This document shows, in pieces, positions 1 to 8,367 of a stretch of DNA of 43,416 bases; within the stretch, counting starts at the first letter, position 1, and each line of letters opens with the position of its first letter. Under the pieces are notes generated by a model, which worked only from the letters and a program-made list of their open reading frames with translations, searched no databases and was not told where the DNA came from. Both the position numbers and the translations under genes were made by a program. The DNA comes from Myxococcota bacterium (GTDB lineage: Bacteria; Myxococcota_A; UBA9160; PR03). The DNA is taken from assembly GCA_041611735.1 (NCBI GenBank), contig JBFIML010000038.1, positions 1 through 43,416 on the forward strand, in the 5' to 3' direction.

Positions 1-44
1 CCGCGTCGCCGCGGCGCCCCGCCGTGTCGGAGCCGGATGCCGGG

Positions 45-1034
45 CTACGAGCGGCGCTTCCTCGCGCGCGAGCCGAAGGCGACCAGCCCCGCCAGTGCGC
101 CACCCAGCAGCACCAGCGTGGTGGGCTCCGGGACCGGCACCACGGTGGTCCCGGTCTGGGAGATCCCGCCGGTGACCGTAAGGCCGGTTCCGCAGTTCGG
201 CGTGAGCGCGAAGGCCCCGAGCGGCGACTGCAGACCGGCGCAGGCGATCGCCTCGCCGGCGCTGGTCGAGATCGAGCCCGAGGTCCGCGAGACCGCCCGC
301 ACCCGGAACGAGACCTGGAGCGTGTCCGTGAAGGACTGCACCCAGGTCTGGCCGTCGTTGGCGTAGTCCACGGCGTACGGGGCGACGAAGTCCTCCCAGA
401 CCCGGTAGTTGGTGGGGATCTGCGCCGCCACGCTGATCTCGCCGGCGCTCGGGCCGGAGAAGTTCACCGTGGTGCCGTAGTTGCGGCCCGTGGGGCCGCG
501 GTTCACGGTGGTGGTGCCGTTCAGGTTGTTGCGCTCGGCGCCGGTGAAGCTGACGCTGCTGAAGAGCCCGCCCAGGCTCGAGACCGAGATCCCGTCGAAG
601 ATCTGTGCGCCTTCGAAGCCCCCGAACTCGTCCACGGCCACGGCGCCGGAGAAGGTGATGCTGAAGCTCACGTTCTGGATCGGGACCAGCAGGTCCGCGC
701 CGTTGCCGTTGTCGCCGTTGCCGCAGCAGGCGTCGAGCTCCACGGTGCGCGTGATGGTGTAGGGCACGCGCCAGGTGTAGGTCTGGTCGCGCCGGGCATC
801 GCTGGTGGCCGTGTCCGCCGAGGCCTGGGCCCGGAAGTTGGCCGTGGTCGCGGTCGCGCTGTGGCCCTGGGTGGTGCTCTGGTCGGCGCCACCGCCTACC
901 GACTCGTTGGTGACGGAGCTGAACAGCGAGGTCGCCCCGAAGGCGAAGGTGTTCGCCTGCGCGAGCGGAGCCCCTAAGAGCGCCGCCACCGCGAAGACCG
1001 CCAGACCCGTCCGGAGCGCCCAAGGCAACGCCAT
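45..1034 (-). CDS. Secreted PEP-CTERM sorting-domain protein (Ser/Thr-rich, unknown function)
   Basis: N-terminal signal peptide ending LAQA. C-terminus VPVPEPTT, then hydrophobic LVLLGGALAGLVAFG, then basic RARKRRS. GGAGGG RBS upstream of ATG 1034. Confidence 0.92.
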   Translation of the reverse strand: MALPWALRTGLAVFAVAALLGAPLAQANTFAFGATSLFSSVTNESVGGGADQSTTQGHSATATTANFRAQASADTATSDARRDQTYTWRVPYTITRTVELDACCGNGDNGNGADLLVPIQNVSFSITFSGAVAVDEFGGFEGAQIFDGISVSSLGGLFSSVSFTGAERNNLNGTTTVNRGPTGRNYGTTVNFSGPSAGEISVAAQIPTNYRVWEDFVAPYAVDYANDGQTWVQSFTDTLQVSFRVRAVSRTSGSISTSAGEAIACAGLQSPLGAFALTPNCGTGLTVTGGISQTGTTVVPVPEPTTLVLLGGALAGLVAFGSRARKRRS

Positions 1035-1094
1035 CCTGTCCCTCCGTCAGCGCCCCGGCGGGGCGCTGGATCAACCAGCCCGGGTGTCTGGGAC

Positions 1095-1110
1095 GCAAGA
1101 TGCGCGCCAA
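1095..1110 (-). promoter_or_regulatory. Sigma54 (-24/-12) promoter for the PEP-CTERM gene
   Basis: Minus strand reads TTGGCGCGCATCTTGC, with exact GG-N10-GC spacing and a close match to TGGCACG-N4-TTGC. It lies about 60 nt upstream of the start codon. Confidence 0.8.
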
Positions 1111-1160
1111 GTGACTCCCGCACCTGCGCCCCCTGCCTCCCCCCCCCAAGCCCTTGCCCC

Positions 1161-1177
1161 TGCGAAAGAAATCCGCA
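1161..1177. promoter_or_regulatory. Putative enhancer-binding-protein site (PEP-CTERM box-like)
   Basis: 17-bp dyad TGCG-AAAGAAATC-CGCA with an AT-rich core, about 50 nt upstream of the -24 element. It resembles TGT-N11-ACA-type bEBP sites. Confidence 0.5.
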
Positions 1178-1334
1178 CGGAGCCCGCCGGGGCCGGACCC
1201 CGTGGCGCGGGCGGAGCCCCCCTCCGTGGAAGGCACGTTCCGTCATGCAGGGAAGAGGTTTTCCACAGGGCCGTGCGCCCCGGGCCGGGGGTATCCTCGC
1301 GCCCGCGCGGGGCGGCGCGCGGTGAGGAGGGTGC

Positions 1335-2984
1335 ATGAGGCGGCTCGCGGCGGCTGCCGGGCTGGTGCTTGCCGTCGCTGCCGTCTACCTGCCCGGGCTC
1401 CGCAACGGCTTCGTGTACGACGACCACGAGGTGATCGCCGCGCAGCCGCGACAGCCGCTCCCGGAGCTCGCGCGCGTCTTCCGCGAGCCGCACTTCCGGG
1501 GGCTGCCCTACTACCGGCCCGTGACGCGCCTGACCCTGCTGGCCCAGAAGTCCTGGCACGGCGACCGGCCCTGGGCGTACCGGGCGGGCAACGTGGGCCT
1601 GGCGGCGGCCGCGGCGCTCGGGGCCCGGACGCTCCTGCGCAGCCCGGCCCTCGGCGTGGCGCCGGGGCCGGCCTGGCTGGCGGCGGCCCTGTTCGCGGTG
1701 CATCCCGTGGCGTCCGCGTGCGTGCACCCCATCGCCTCGGGCCGCGAGACGCTGCTCCCGGCGGTGGCGATCCTGGCGGCGCTCGGGGCCTGGGTGCGCG
1801 GGAGACGCGCCCTCGCCTTCGGGGCCTTCGGCCTGGCGCTCTTCGCCAAGGAGCAGGCGGTGGTCGTGCCGGCGCTCTTCCTGCTGGCGGACGCGACGGG
1901 GCTCGCGTCGGGCCCGCGGCCGCGGGGCCTCGCCGCCGGGCTGCGGCGCCATGCTCCGGCGCTCCCGATCCTGGCCGGCTACGTCGCCGTACGGCACGCC
2001 CTCTTCGGGGGCAGCGAGTGGGACTTCGCCTGGATCGAGCAGCCGATCCTCCCGCTGCTCTCCTACGCCTATGCGCTCCAGGTGGCCTTCGCGCCCTTCG
2101 GGGCCCTGGTCTACGAGCCCGAGGTCCACGTGTGGCTCTCTCCTCCCCGACTCGCCGTGGCCGGGGCGGGGCTCCTCGGTCTCACGCTGCTCTGCCGCAA
2201 GCTCGGCGCGCCGCCGGCGCGGGTCGTCCTCTTCTGGCTCGGCTGGTGGGTCGTGCTCCAGCTCCCGACGGCCAACGTGCTGCGGCAGGAGGCGCCCTTC
2301 GCCGAGCGCTGGACGTTCCTGGCCTGGCTGGCGCTGCCAGCCACGGCGGCGGGCGCCCTCTCCGCGGCCTGGATGCGCCCGCGCGTCCGCCCCATCGCGA
2401 CGTCGGCAGCCCTGGTCGCCATCGCGCTCGCGGCGGCGGTGAGTGTCCAGCGCGCGGCCTGGTACCGGGACGACCACGTCTTCGCCACCCAGTGGCTGCG
2501 CACGAACCCCGGGTCGCCGGACGCCCATCACGCCCTGGGGCTCAGCCTGGCGCGGGCGGGGCACCTGGTGGAGGCCCTGGCCCACTACGACGCGGCCCTG
2601 GGCGGGAGCCGGGACCCGGCCGAGATCCAGACCAACCGCGCCGCGGCCCTCGTCCTGCTGGGGCGCCCGGCGGAGGCGCGCGCCGCGCTGGAAGAGGCCC
2701 TGGGCGCCCGCCCGGACCATCCCGAGGCGCACGTGAACCTCGGCCTGCTGCTGGCCCGCCAGGGGCGGCTCGAGGCGGCGGTGGACCACTATCGGGCCGC
2801 CCTCCGCGTGGCGCCGGGCATGGCGGAGGCCCACAACAACCTGGCCACCGCCCTGGCGCGCCTGGACCGGGAGGAGGAGGCGGAGCGGCACCTGCTCGAG
2901 GCCCTGCGCCTGCGACCGGACTACGCCGACGCCCGGCGCAACCTCGAGCTGCTGAGGCGGCGCCGCCCGCCGGGAGCGCCCTAG
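1335..2984 (+). CDS. TMTC-like GT-C glycosyltransferase with C-terminal TPR repeats (copy 1)
   Basis: FVYDD after TM1, YYRP, HPV...SGRE, AKEQA and FAER motifs, many TM segments, C-terminal TPRs (AHVNLG, AHNNLA). GAGGAGG RBS. Confidence 0.85.
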   Translation: MRRLAAAAGLVLAVAAVYLPGLRNGFVYDDHEVIAAQPRQPLPELARVFREPHFRGLPYYRPVTRLTLLAQKSWHGDRPWAYRAGNVGLAAAAALGARTLLRSPALGVAPGPAWLAAALFAVHPVASACVHPIASGRETLLPAVAILAALGAWVRGRRALAFGAFGLALFAKEQAVVVPALFLLADATGLASGPRPRGLAAGLRRHAPALPILAGYVAVRHALFGGSEWDFAWIEQPILPLLSYAYALQVAFAPFGALVYEPEVHVWLSPPRLAVAGAGLLGLTLLCRKLGAPPARVVLFWLGWWVVLQLPTANVLRQEAPFAERWTFLAWLALPATAAGALSAAWMRPRVRPIATSAALVAIALAAAVSVQRAAWYRDDHVFATQWLRTNPGSPDAHHALGLSLARAGHLVEALAHYDAALGGSRDPAEIQTNRAAALVLLGRPAEARAALEEALGARPDHPEAHVNLGLLLARQGRLEAAVDHYRAALRVAPGMAEAHNNLATALARLDREEEAERHLLEALRLRPDYADARRNLELLRRRRPPGAP

Positions 2985-3000
2985 GAGCTCAGGCTCCTAG
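2981..3000. terminator. Hairpin between convergent genes (possible bidirectional terminator)
   Basis: Perfect 8-bp stem CTAGGAGC-TCAG-GCTCCTAG overlapping the stop of 1335..2984. There is no U-tract. Confidence 0.4.
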
Positions 3001-3016
3001 CTCAGGGCCCCGCCCC

Positions 3017-4582
3017 TCATCGCTCGAGGGCGCGGCGCGGCTCCGCCCAGCCGGGCCGCAGGCGCACGGCCTCGCGCAGGTGCACCCGCGCCGCCTCGGG
3101 CTCGCCGGCCCTCGCGAGCAGCGCACCGAGCACGTAGTGCGCGTCGGCGCTGGCGGGATCCAGGGCGAGGGTGCGCCGCAGCGCCTCCCGGGCCTCCCAG
3201 CTGCGCCCCTGCCGGGCCAGGGCGACGCCCAGGTTGTACCAGGCGCCGGCGTGGGCGGGCGCCAGGCGCACCGCCTCGCGCAGCTCCGGGAGGGCCTCGG
3301 TCACGCGATCCACCCGGAGCAGCGCCGTCCCCAGGCTGTAGCGGGCGTTGGCGTGGCGCGGGCTCGTCGCCACCCAGCGTTGCGCGAAGGCCAGGTCGTC
3401 GCGCCAGTCCCGAGCGCGCAGGGCGGTCACGCCGGCGAGGAGCCCGACGGCGCCGAGGCCGAGGACCAGGGCGGCCGTGCGCCGGGCCCCGGTGGTGGCG
3501 AGGCGCGCTGCACCGGTGGCGACGAGCGCCGCGGGGCCGAGCAGCGAGAGGAGCAGGAAGCGCTCGGCGAAGCGGGCCTCCTGGGGGAGCAGGTTGAGCG
3601 TGGTCAACATGCCGATGGGGATCCAGAGCGCCCAGAAGGTGGCGGGAGCCCGATCGCCCGGGGGCAGGCGGCGCACCAGCGTCAGGAGCCCGAGGGCTCC
3701 GGTCAGAGCGACGCCGAGGCGCGGCAGCGAGATCCAGATAACGAGCTCCCGCGGCTCATAGATCACGTGAAGGGAGGGGGCGAAGAGCGTCTGGACCGCG
3801 TAGAGAAGCGAGTCCAGGGGGCCGCGCGGATGCGCCCGCAGATGGGATGCCACCGAGGCGGCCTCCTCGGTGCCGAGGGGGCCGAAGATCGCCAGGCGCA
3901 CCCCCGCGTAGGCGGCGCCCACCACGAGGGCAGGAGCAAGGCGCACGAGCCACGCCACGACGCGGCGGCCGGGCGGGTCGGGCGTGAGGTGCAGGGCGTC
4001 GGCCAGCACGAAGAGGAGCGGCACGACCAGCGCCTGCTCCTTGCTTAGGAGCGCCAGGGCGAAGGCCCCGGTCGCTCCGAGCCGGCCGGCGATGCCGCCG
4101 CGCAGATGGAGGGCCACGGCCACCAGGGCGAGCAGGACGGCCAGCAGCGTCTCCCGGCCCGAAGCGATGGGGTAGACGCATTCCGAGGCCACCGGGTGGA
4201 CGGCGAAGAGCGCGGCGCCCAGGGCCGCGAAGGCCGGCGGCAGGCCGAAGCGGGCGTGGCGCAGGACGGCGTAGGCCGCCAGGGCCGTGGCCCCGGCGAG
4301 CGCCACGTTTCCGGCGTGGAAGAGCGTTGGCGCGTCGCCATGCCAGCGCTTCTGGAGCAGGAGCGTGGCCCGGGTGAGGGGCCGGTAGTAGGGGAGCCCC
4401 GAGAGCGGGAGACCGTGGGGCTCGACGAACACGCGCGCCAGCGCCCGCCACGATTCGGGCGCCCGCTGCGCCAGGATCACCTCGTGGTCGTCGTACACGA
4501 AGCCATGGCCCAGGGACGGGCCGTAGAGCAGGCCCACGCCGAGCACGAGCAGCCCCGGCGCCGCGAGATCACGGACCCTCAC
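3017..4582 (-). CDS. TMTC-like GT-C glycosyltransferase with TPR repeats (copy 2)
   Basis: 3' part of track ORF 3017..5902. GTG 4582 overlaps the upstream TGA (GTGA). Motifs FVYDD, YYRP, HPVASECV..SGRE, SKEQA, FAERF and TPRs. Confidence 0.85.
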   Translation of the reverse strand: MRVRDLAAPGLLVLGVGLLYGPSLGHGFVYDDHEVILAQRAPESWRALARVFVEPHGLPLSGLPYYRPLTRATLLLQKRWHGDAPTLFHAGNVALAGATALAAYAVLRHARFGLPPAFAALGAALFAVHPVASECVYPIASGRETLLAVLLALVAVALHLRGGIAGRLGATGAFALALLSKEQALVVPLLFVLADALHLTPDPPGRRVVAWLVRLAPALVVGAAYAGVRLAIFGPLGTEEAASVASHLRAHPRGPLDSLLYAVQTLFAPSLHVIYEPRELVIWISLPRLGVALTGALGLLTLVRRLPPGDRAPATFWALWIPIGMLTTLNLLPQEARFAERFLLLSLLGPAALVATGAARLATTGARRTAALVLGLGAVGLLAGVTALRARDWRDDLAFAQRWVATSPRHANARYSLGTALLRVDRVTEALPELREAVRLAPAHAGAWYNLGVALARQGRSWEAREALRRTLALDPASADAHYVLGALLARAGEPEAARVHLREAVRLRPGWAEPRRALER

Positions 4583-6219
4583 GGCGCTCGCAGCCCCTCG
4601 AGCAGCCGCCGCAGGGCGGGTGCGTTCTGCACCGCCGGGTCGAGGGCCAGGGCACGCTCCAGGGCCGCCCGCGCCTCGGCGCGGCGCCCGAGCTCGAGGA
4701 GCGCCACACCGCGACCCGCCCAGGCCTCCGCCGAAAGGGGAAGCCCGCGCAGGGCCACCTCGTAGTGGTGGAGCGCCGCTCCCGCGTCGCCCCGCTCGAG
4801 GGCGAGGTGACCCAGCGCCCGATGCACCTCGGGGTCCTGGGGCGCCTCCGCCCGCAGCCCTTCCAGGATCCGCCGCGCGCCCGTCGCGTCTCCCGACGCA
4901 TCGGCGGCGGCGGCGCGGTTCAGGGCGATCTGGCGGTCCCCGGGTGCCAGGCGCTCGGCCTGGTCGAGCCACGCAAGCGCGCCGCGCGGGTCGTCCGCCT
5001 GGAGCCGCGCCGCCGCCAGGTTGATGGCGGCCCGCACGGAGGTCGGGTTCTTGCGCCAGGCATCGGTCCAGAGCCGCTCGTCGGACTCGAAGACCCGCGC
5101 GCGCTGCCAGGAGGCGGCGCCCAGCAGGCCCGCGGTCAGGGCCGCCGCCAGCAGCGCCGGGCGCGGAGCCAGCAGACGCGGGAGCGCGCCGGCCAGCCCC
5201 CAGGCCGTCGCAAAGACCACCCAGACGAGGTAGCGGTCGGCGAGCTCGCCCACGCGCGCCGCCCCGAGCGCCGCGACGACGAGGTGGGGCAGGCCGACCG
5301 CGAGCGGGACGGCCCAGGTGGAGCGTCGCGCCACCGCCACGACCGCGGCGGCTCCGGCCGCGGCGAGCACGAGGACGCCGAGGAGCGCATCCAGGGACGT
5401 GGGCGGCGGGGGCGCCAGGCTGAGCGTCGCCGGCCAGAGCACCCGTCGCATCCCCTGGCCCATGGCAGCGAGCAGCGCTCCGGGCGGCACCGGGCCGAGC
5501 AGCTCGGCCGAGACGTCGCCGAGCGCCGCGCGACGCAGGAGGGCGTACGCGGCGAGCGCGAGCCCCGGGGCGGCGTAGCGGGCGAGGAGCGCAGCGGGTT
5601 TCCAGGAAGCTCCGTGCAACCGGTCCAGGACCGGGAAGGCGACCCCGAAGCCGACGGCGCTCTCCTTGCCGAACAGGCCGAACGCGAGCGCGAGACCCGC
5701 CGCCGCGTGCCATCCGGAGGCCCGCGCGCTCGCTCTCCGCTCGAGCCCTGCCCGGTGCAGGAGCAGGGCCGCCAGACCCCCGGCCCCCGCCAGCAGCTCG
5801 CAGCGCGCCGAGATCCAGACGGCGGGCTCCGCGTTCAGCGGATGGGGAGCGAACAGCAACCCCGTCAGGAGCGTGCGCAGCGGATCCCGCGTCACCTCCC
5901 ACACGAGGCGCAGGGCGAGGGCCACGACGAGCCCGTAGAGGGCGAGCTGCACCGCGTGCAGGGCCGGGGCGGAGAAGCCGAAGAGCGCGTGGTCCAGGGC
6001 GAACGAGCTCGTCATCACCGGGCGGTACCAGCTCGAGCCGGACCCGGCTCCCGCCCAGACCCCCGTACGCCAGAGCACCGGCAGGTTGCCGAGATCGCGC
6101 AGCAGGGGGTTCTCGAGCAGCTGTCGCGCGTCGTCGTGGACGAAGCCGGCGCCCAGGGCCGGCAGCAGCCCGACCAGACCCAGGCCCACGGGAAGCAGCA
6201 GGGCCGTCCGACGCCCCAC
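4579..6219 (-). CDS. TMTC-like GT-C glycosyltransferase with TPR repeats (copy 3, divergent)
   Basis: FVHDD, WYRP, HPLNAEPAVWISAR, GKESA and ADRY motifs, with C-terminal TPRs. Confidence 0.85.
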   Translation of the reverse strand: MGRRTALLLPVGLGLVGLLPALGAGFVHDDARQLLENPLLRDLGNLPVLWRTGVWAGAGSGSSWYRPVMTSSFALDHALFGFSAPALHAVQLALYGLVVALALRLVWEVTRDPLRTLLTGLLFAPHPLNAEPAVWISARCELLAGAGGLAALLLHRAGLERRASARASGWHAAAGLALAFGLFGKESAVGFGVAFPVLDRLHGASWKPAALLARYAAPGLALAAYALLRRAALGDVSAELLGPVPPGALLAAMGQGMRRVLWPATLSLAPPPPTSLDALLGVLVLAAAGAAAVVAVARRSTWAVPLAVGLPHLVVAALGAARVGELADRYLVWVVFATAWGLAGALPRLLAPRPALLAAALTAGLLGAASWQRARVFESDERLWTDAWRKNPTSVRAAINLAAARLQADDPRGALAWLDQAERLAPGDRQIALNRAAAADASGDATGARRILEGLRAEAPQDPEVHRALGHLALERGDAGAALHHYEVALRGLPLSAEAWAGRGVALLELGRRAEARAALERALALDPAVQNAPALRRLLEGLRAP

Positions 6220-6226
6220 GGGCGCC

Positions 6227-7420
6227 TCAGCGCGCGTAGTGGCGCAGGATGCGCGCGAGGGCGGCGAGGACGTCGTCCTGCTCGGCGTCGGTGAGCGACG
6301 GGTAGAGGGGCAGCGAGAGCAGCCGCTCGGAGGCGTCCGTGGCCACCGGCACCGCCTCGGGGGGCGTACCCAGCGTCTTGCGGAAGTGGGCGTGGAGCGG
6401 CAGGGCCCGGAAGTGGACGCCGACTCCGATGCCCTCGGCGTCGAGGGCCGCGAGCAGGCCGTCCCGATCGAGGGTCAGCGCCTCCCGCCGCAGCAGGATC
6501 GGAAACAGGTGCGCGGCGGTCTCGGCCCCCTCCGGCCCGTTCACCAGCTCCACGGCGTCCCACTCGGCCAGGGCCCGGCGGTAGCGGCGGTCGAGCTCGC
6601 GACGGCGCGCGTTCAGGACCGGGAGCCGCGCGAGCTGCACCGCCCCGAGCGCCGCCTGGAGATCGGTCAGGTTCGCCTTCCAGCCGGGCGACGTGGCCTC
6701 CCAGTGCACGTAGCCCGGGCCCGCGCGACGGCTGGCCTCCACGTCGATGCCGTGCAGCCGCTCCACGCGCACCTGCGACGCCACCGCGTCGTGGTCCGTG
6801 GTCACCATGCCGCCCTCGCCGGTGGTCAGGTTCTTGTTGGCGTAGAAGCTGAAGGAGGCCGCGTCGCCCAGCTGGCCGGCGGCGCGACCCCGGTAGCGGG
6901 CGCCCAGGGCGTGGGCGGCGTCCTCCAGCAGGAGCAGCCCCGCCGAGCGCGCCAGCGCCCGGAGCCCATCCATCTCGCAGGGCCAGCCGGCATAGTGCAC
7001 CGCCAGCACGGCCCGCGTGCGGGGCGTCAGCGCCGCCCGCACCGCCTCCGGATCGAGGGTGAGCTGCCCGGGCAGCACGTCGGCCAGCACCGGCGTGGCC
7101 CCGGCGTGCAGCACCGCGTTGGCCGTGGCCGGGAAGGTCATGGGCGAGGTCACCACCTCGTCGCCGGGCCCGATCCCGAAGCCGCGCAGCACGAGGTGCA
7201 GGCCGGCGGTGCAGGAGGCCACGCCCACGGCGTGGCGCGCACCCACGAAGGCGGCGAAGGCCTCCTCGAAGGCGCGGGTGCGGGGACCCGTGGTGAGCCA
7301 GCCCGAGCGCAGCACGTCCACCACCGCCGCCTCCTCCTCGGGCCCGAGCGTGGGACGGAAGAAGGGCAGGAAGCTCGTGCGAACCGGAGTGCCGCCCGCC
7401 CGGGCCGGTCGCTCCCTCAC
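6227..7420 (-). CDS. DegT/DnrJ/EryC1/StrS (ArnB-like) sugar aminotransferase
   Basis: SGWLTTGP, EDAAHALG and SFSFYANKNLTTGEGG (PLP lysine). Start placed at GTG 7420 from a GTGA overlap. Confidence 0.92.
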   Translation of the reverse strand: MRERPARAGGTPVRTSFLPFFRPTLGPEEEAAVVDVLRSGWLTTGPRTRAFEEAFAAFVGARHAVGVASCTAGLHLVLRGFGIGPGDEVVTSPMTFPATANAVLHAGATPVLADVLPGQLTLDPEAVRAALTPRTRAVLAVHYAGWPCEMDGLRALARSAGLLLLEDAAHALGARYRGRAAGQLGDAASFSFYANKNLTTGEGGMVTTDHDAVASQVRVERLHGIDVEASRRAGPGYVHWEATSPGWKANLTDLQAALGAVQLARLPVLNARRRELDRRYRRALAEWDAVELVNGPEGAETAAHLFPILLRREALTLDRDGLLAALDAEGIGVGVHFRALPLHAHFRKTLGTPPEAVPVATDASERLLSLPLYPSLTDAEQDDVLAALARILRHYAR

Positions 7421-8367
7421 CGGGCCCTCCGCTTCTCGTCCATGTTGCGCGCGGGTCCCGACCGCACCACCCAGGCCGGCGCCTCGCCCGCCACCTGACG
7501 GTAGACGCGCCCCAGATACTGGCCCAGCACGCCGGCGGCCAGGAAGATCGCCCCCACCGCGATCGTCACCAGCGCGGCGGCGCCCGGGAGCCAGCCCGCG
7601 GGCCGCAGCCCGAGGCACAGGACGAGGCCCGCGAAGCCCGCGGCGAACAGCCCGGCGCCGGTCACGCCGAGCAGCGCCAGGGGCAAGGTCGAGAAGCTCG
7701 TGACGAGATCCACGTTGATGCGCAGCAGGGAGCGCAGGTGGTAGCGCGACCGGCCGCTGCGCCGGGGATCGTGGCGCACCGTCACCTCGACCACCGGAAA
7801 GCCGAGCCACAGCGCCAGGGGGAAGATCGGCTTGCCGGGAGCCCAGAGCTGTCGCACGCGCTCCACCACGTGGCGCCGGTACGCCTTGAACTGCCCGCCG
7901 TAGTCCTGGATGTCGACGCCCGTCAGGCGCCGGGCCAGCCGGTGGATCACCCGGGAGCCGAGCCAGCGGGCGCGGCCCTCGTAGCGCCTCCCGCGCGCCC
8001 CGGTCGCCACGTCGGCCCCCTTGTCGAGAGCGTCCAGCAGCCGCGGGATCTCCTCGGGAGGGTTCTGGAGGTCGCCGTCCAGGGTCACGACCACGTCGCC
8101 GCGCGCCGCGAACATCCCGCAAGCCAGCGCCGCCGCCTGGCCGAAGTTGCGCGTGAGCTCGAAGACCCGGATGCGCGCGTCCTCCGCCTCCAGGCGGCGC
8201 AGCAGCGGACCGGTGCCGTCCGTGCTGCCGTCGTCCACGTAGACGATCTCGAACGGAACCTGGCGGGCGACCAGGGTGGCGCGCAGGCGCTCGCTCAGCT
8301 CCACCAGCGTCGCCGCCTCATTGCAGAGCGGGATCACCGCGGAGACGGCGGGCTCAGGCATCGTCAC
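7417..8367 (-). CDS. GT2 polyprenyl-phosphate glycosyltransferase (ArnC/GtrB-like), copy 1
   Basis: VDDGSTD, RNFGQ..A and DGDLQNPPEEIP motifs, two C-terminal TM helices, GQYLGRVY. The start may be 8361. Confidence 0.9.
   Translation of the reverse strand: MTMPEPAVSAVIPLCNEAATLVELSERLRATLVARQVPFEIVYVDDGSTDGTGPLLRRLEAEDARIRVFELTRNFGQAAALACGMFAARGDVVVTLDGDLQNPPEEIPRLLDALDKGADVATGARGRRYEGRARWLGSRVIHRLARRLTGVDIQDYGGQFKAYRRHVVERVRQLWAPGKPIFPLALWLGFPVVEVTVRHDPRRSGRSRYHLRSLLRINVDLVTSFSTLPLALLGVTGAGLFAAGFAGLVLCLGLRPAGWLPGAAALVTIAVGAIFLAAGVLGQYLGRVYRQVAGEAPAWVVRSGPARNMDEKRRAR

Noticed and set aside
1259-1267. TTTTCCACA, a perfect DnaA box
   Set aside because: Single copy, with no box cluster, no AT-rich unwinding element and no dnaA/dnaN context.
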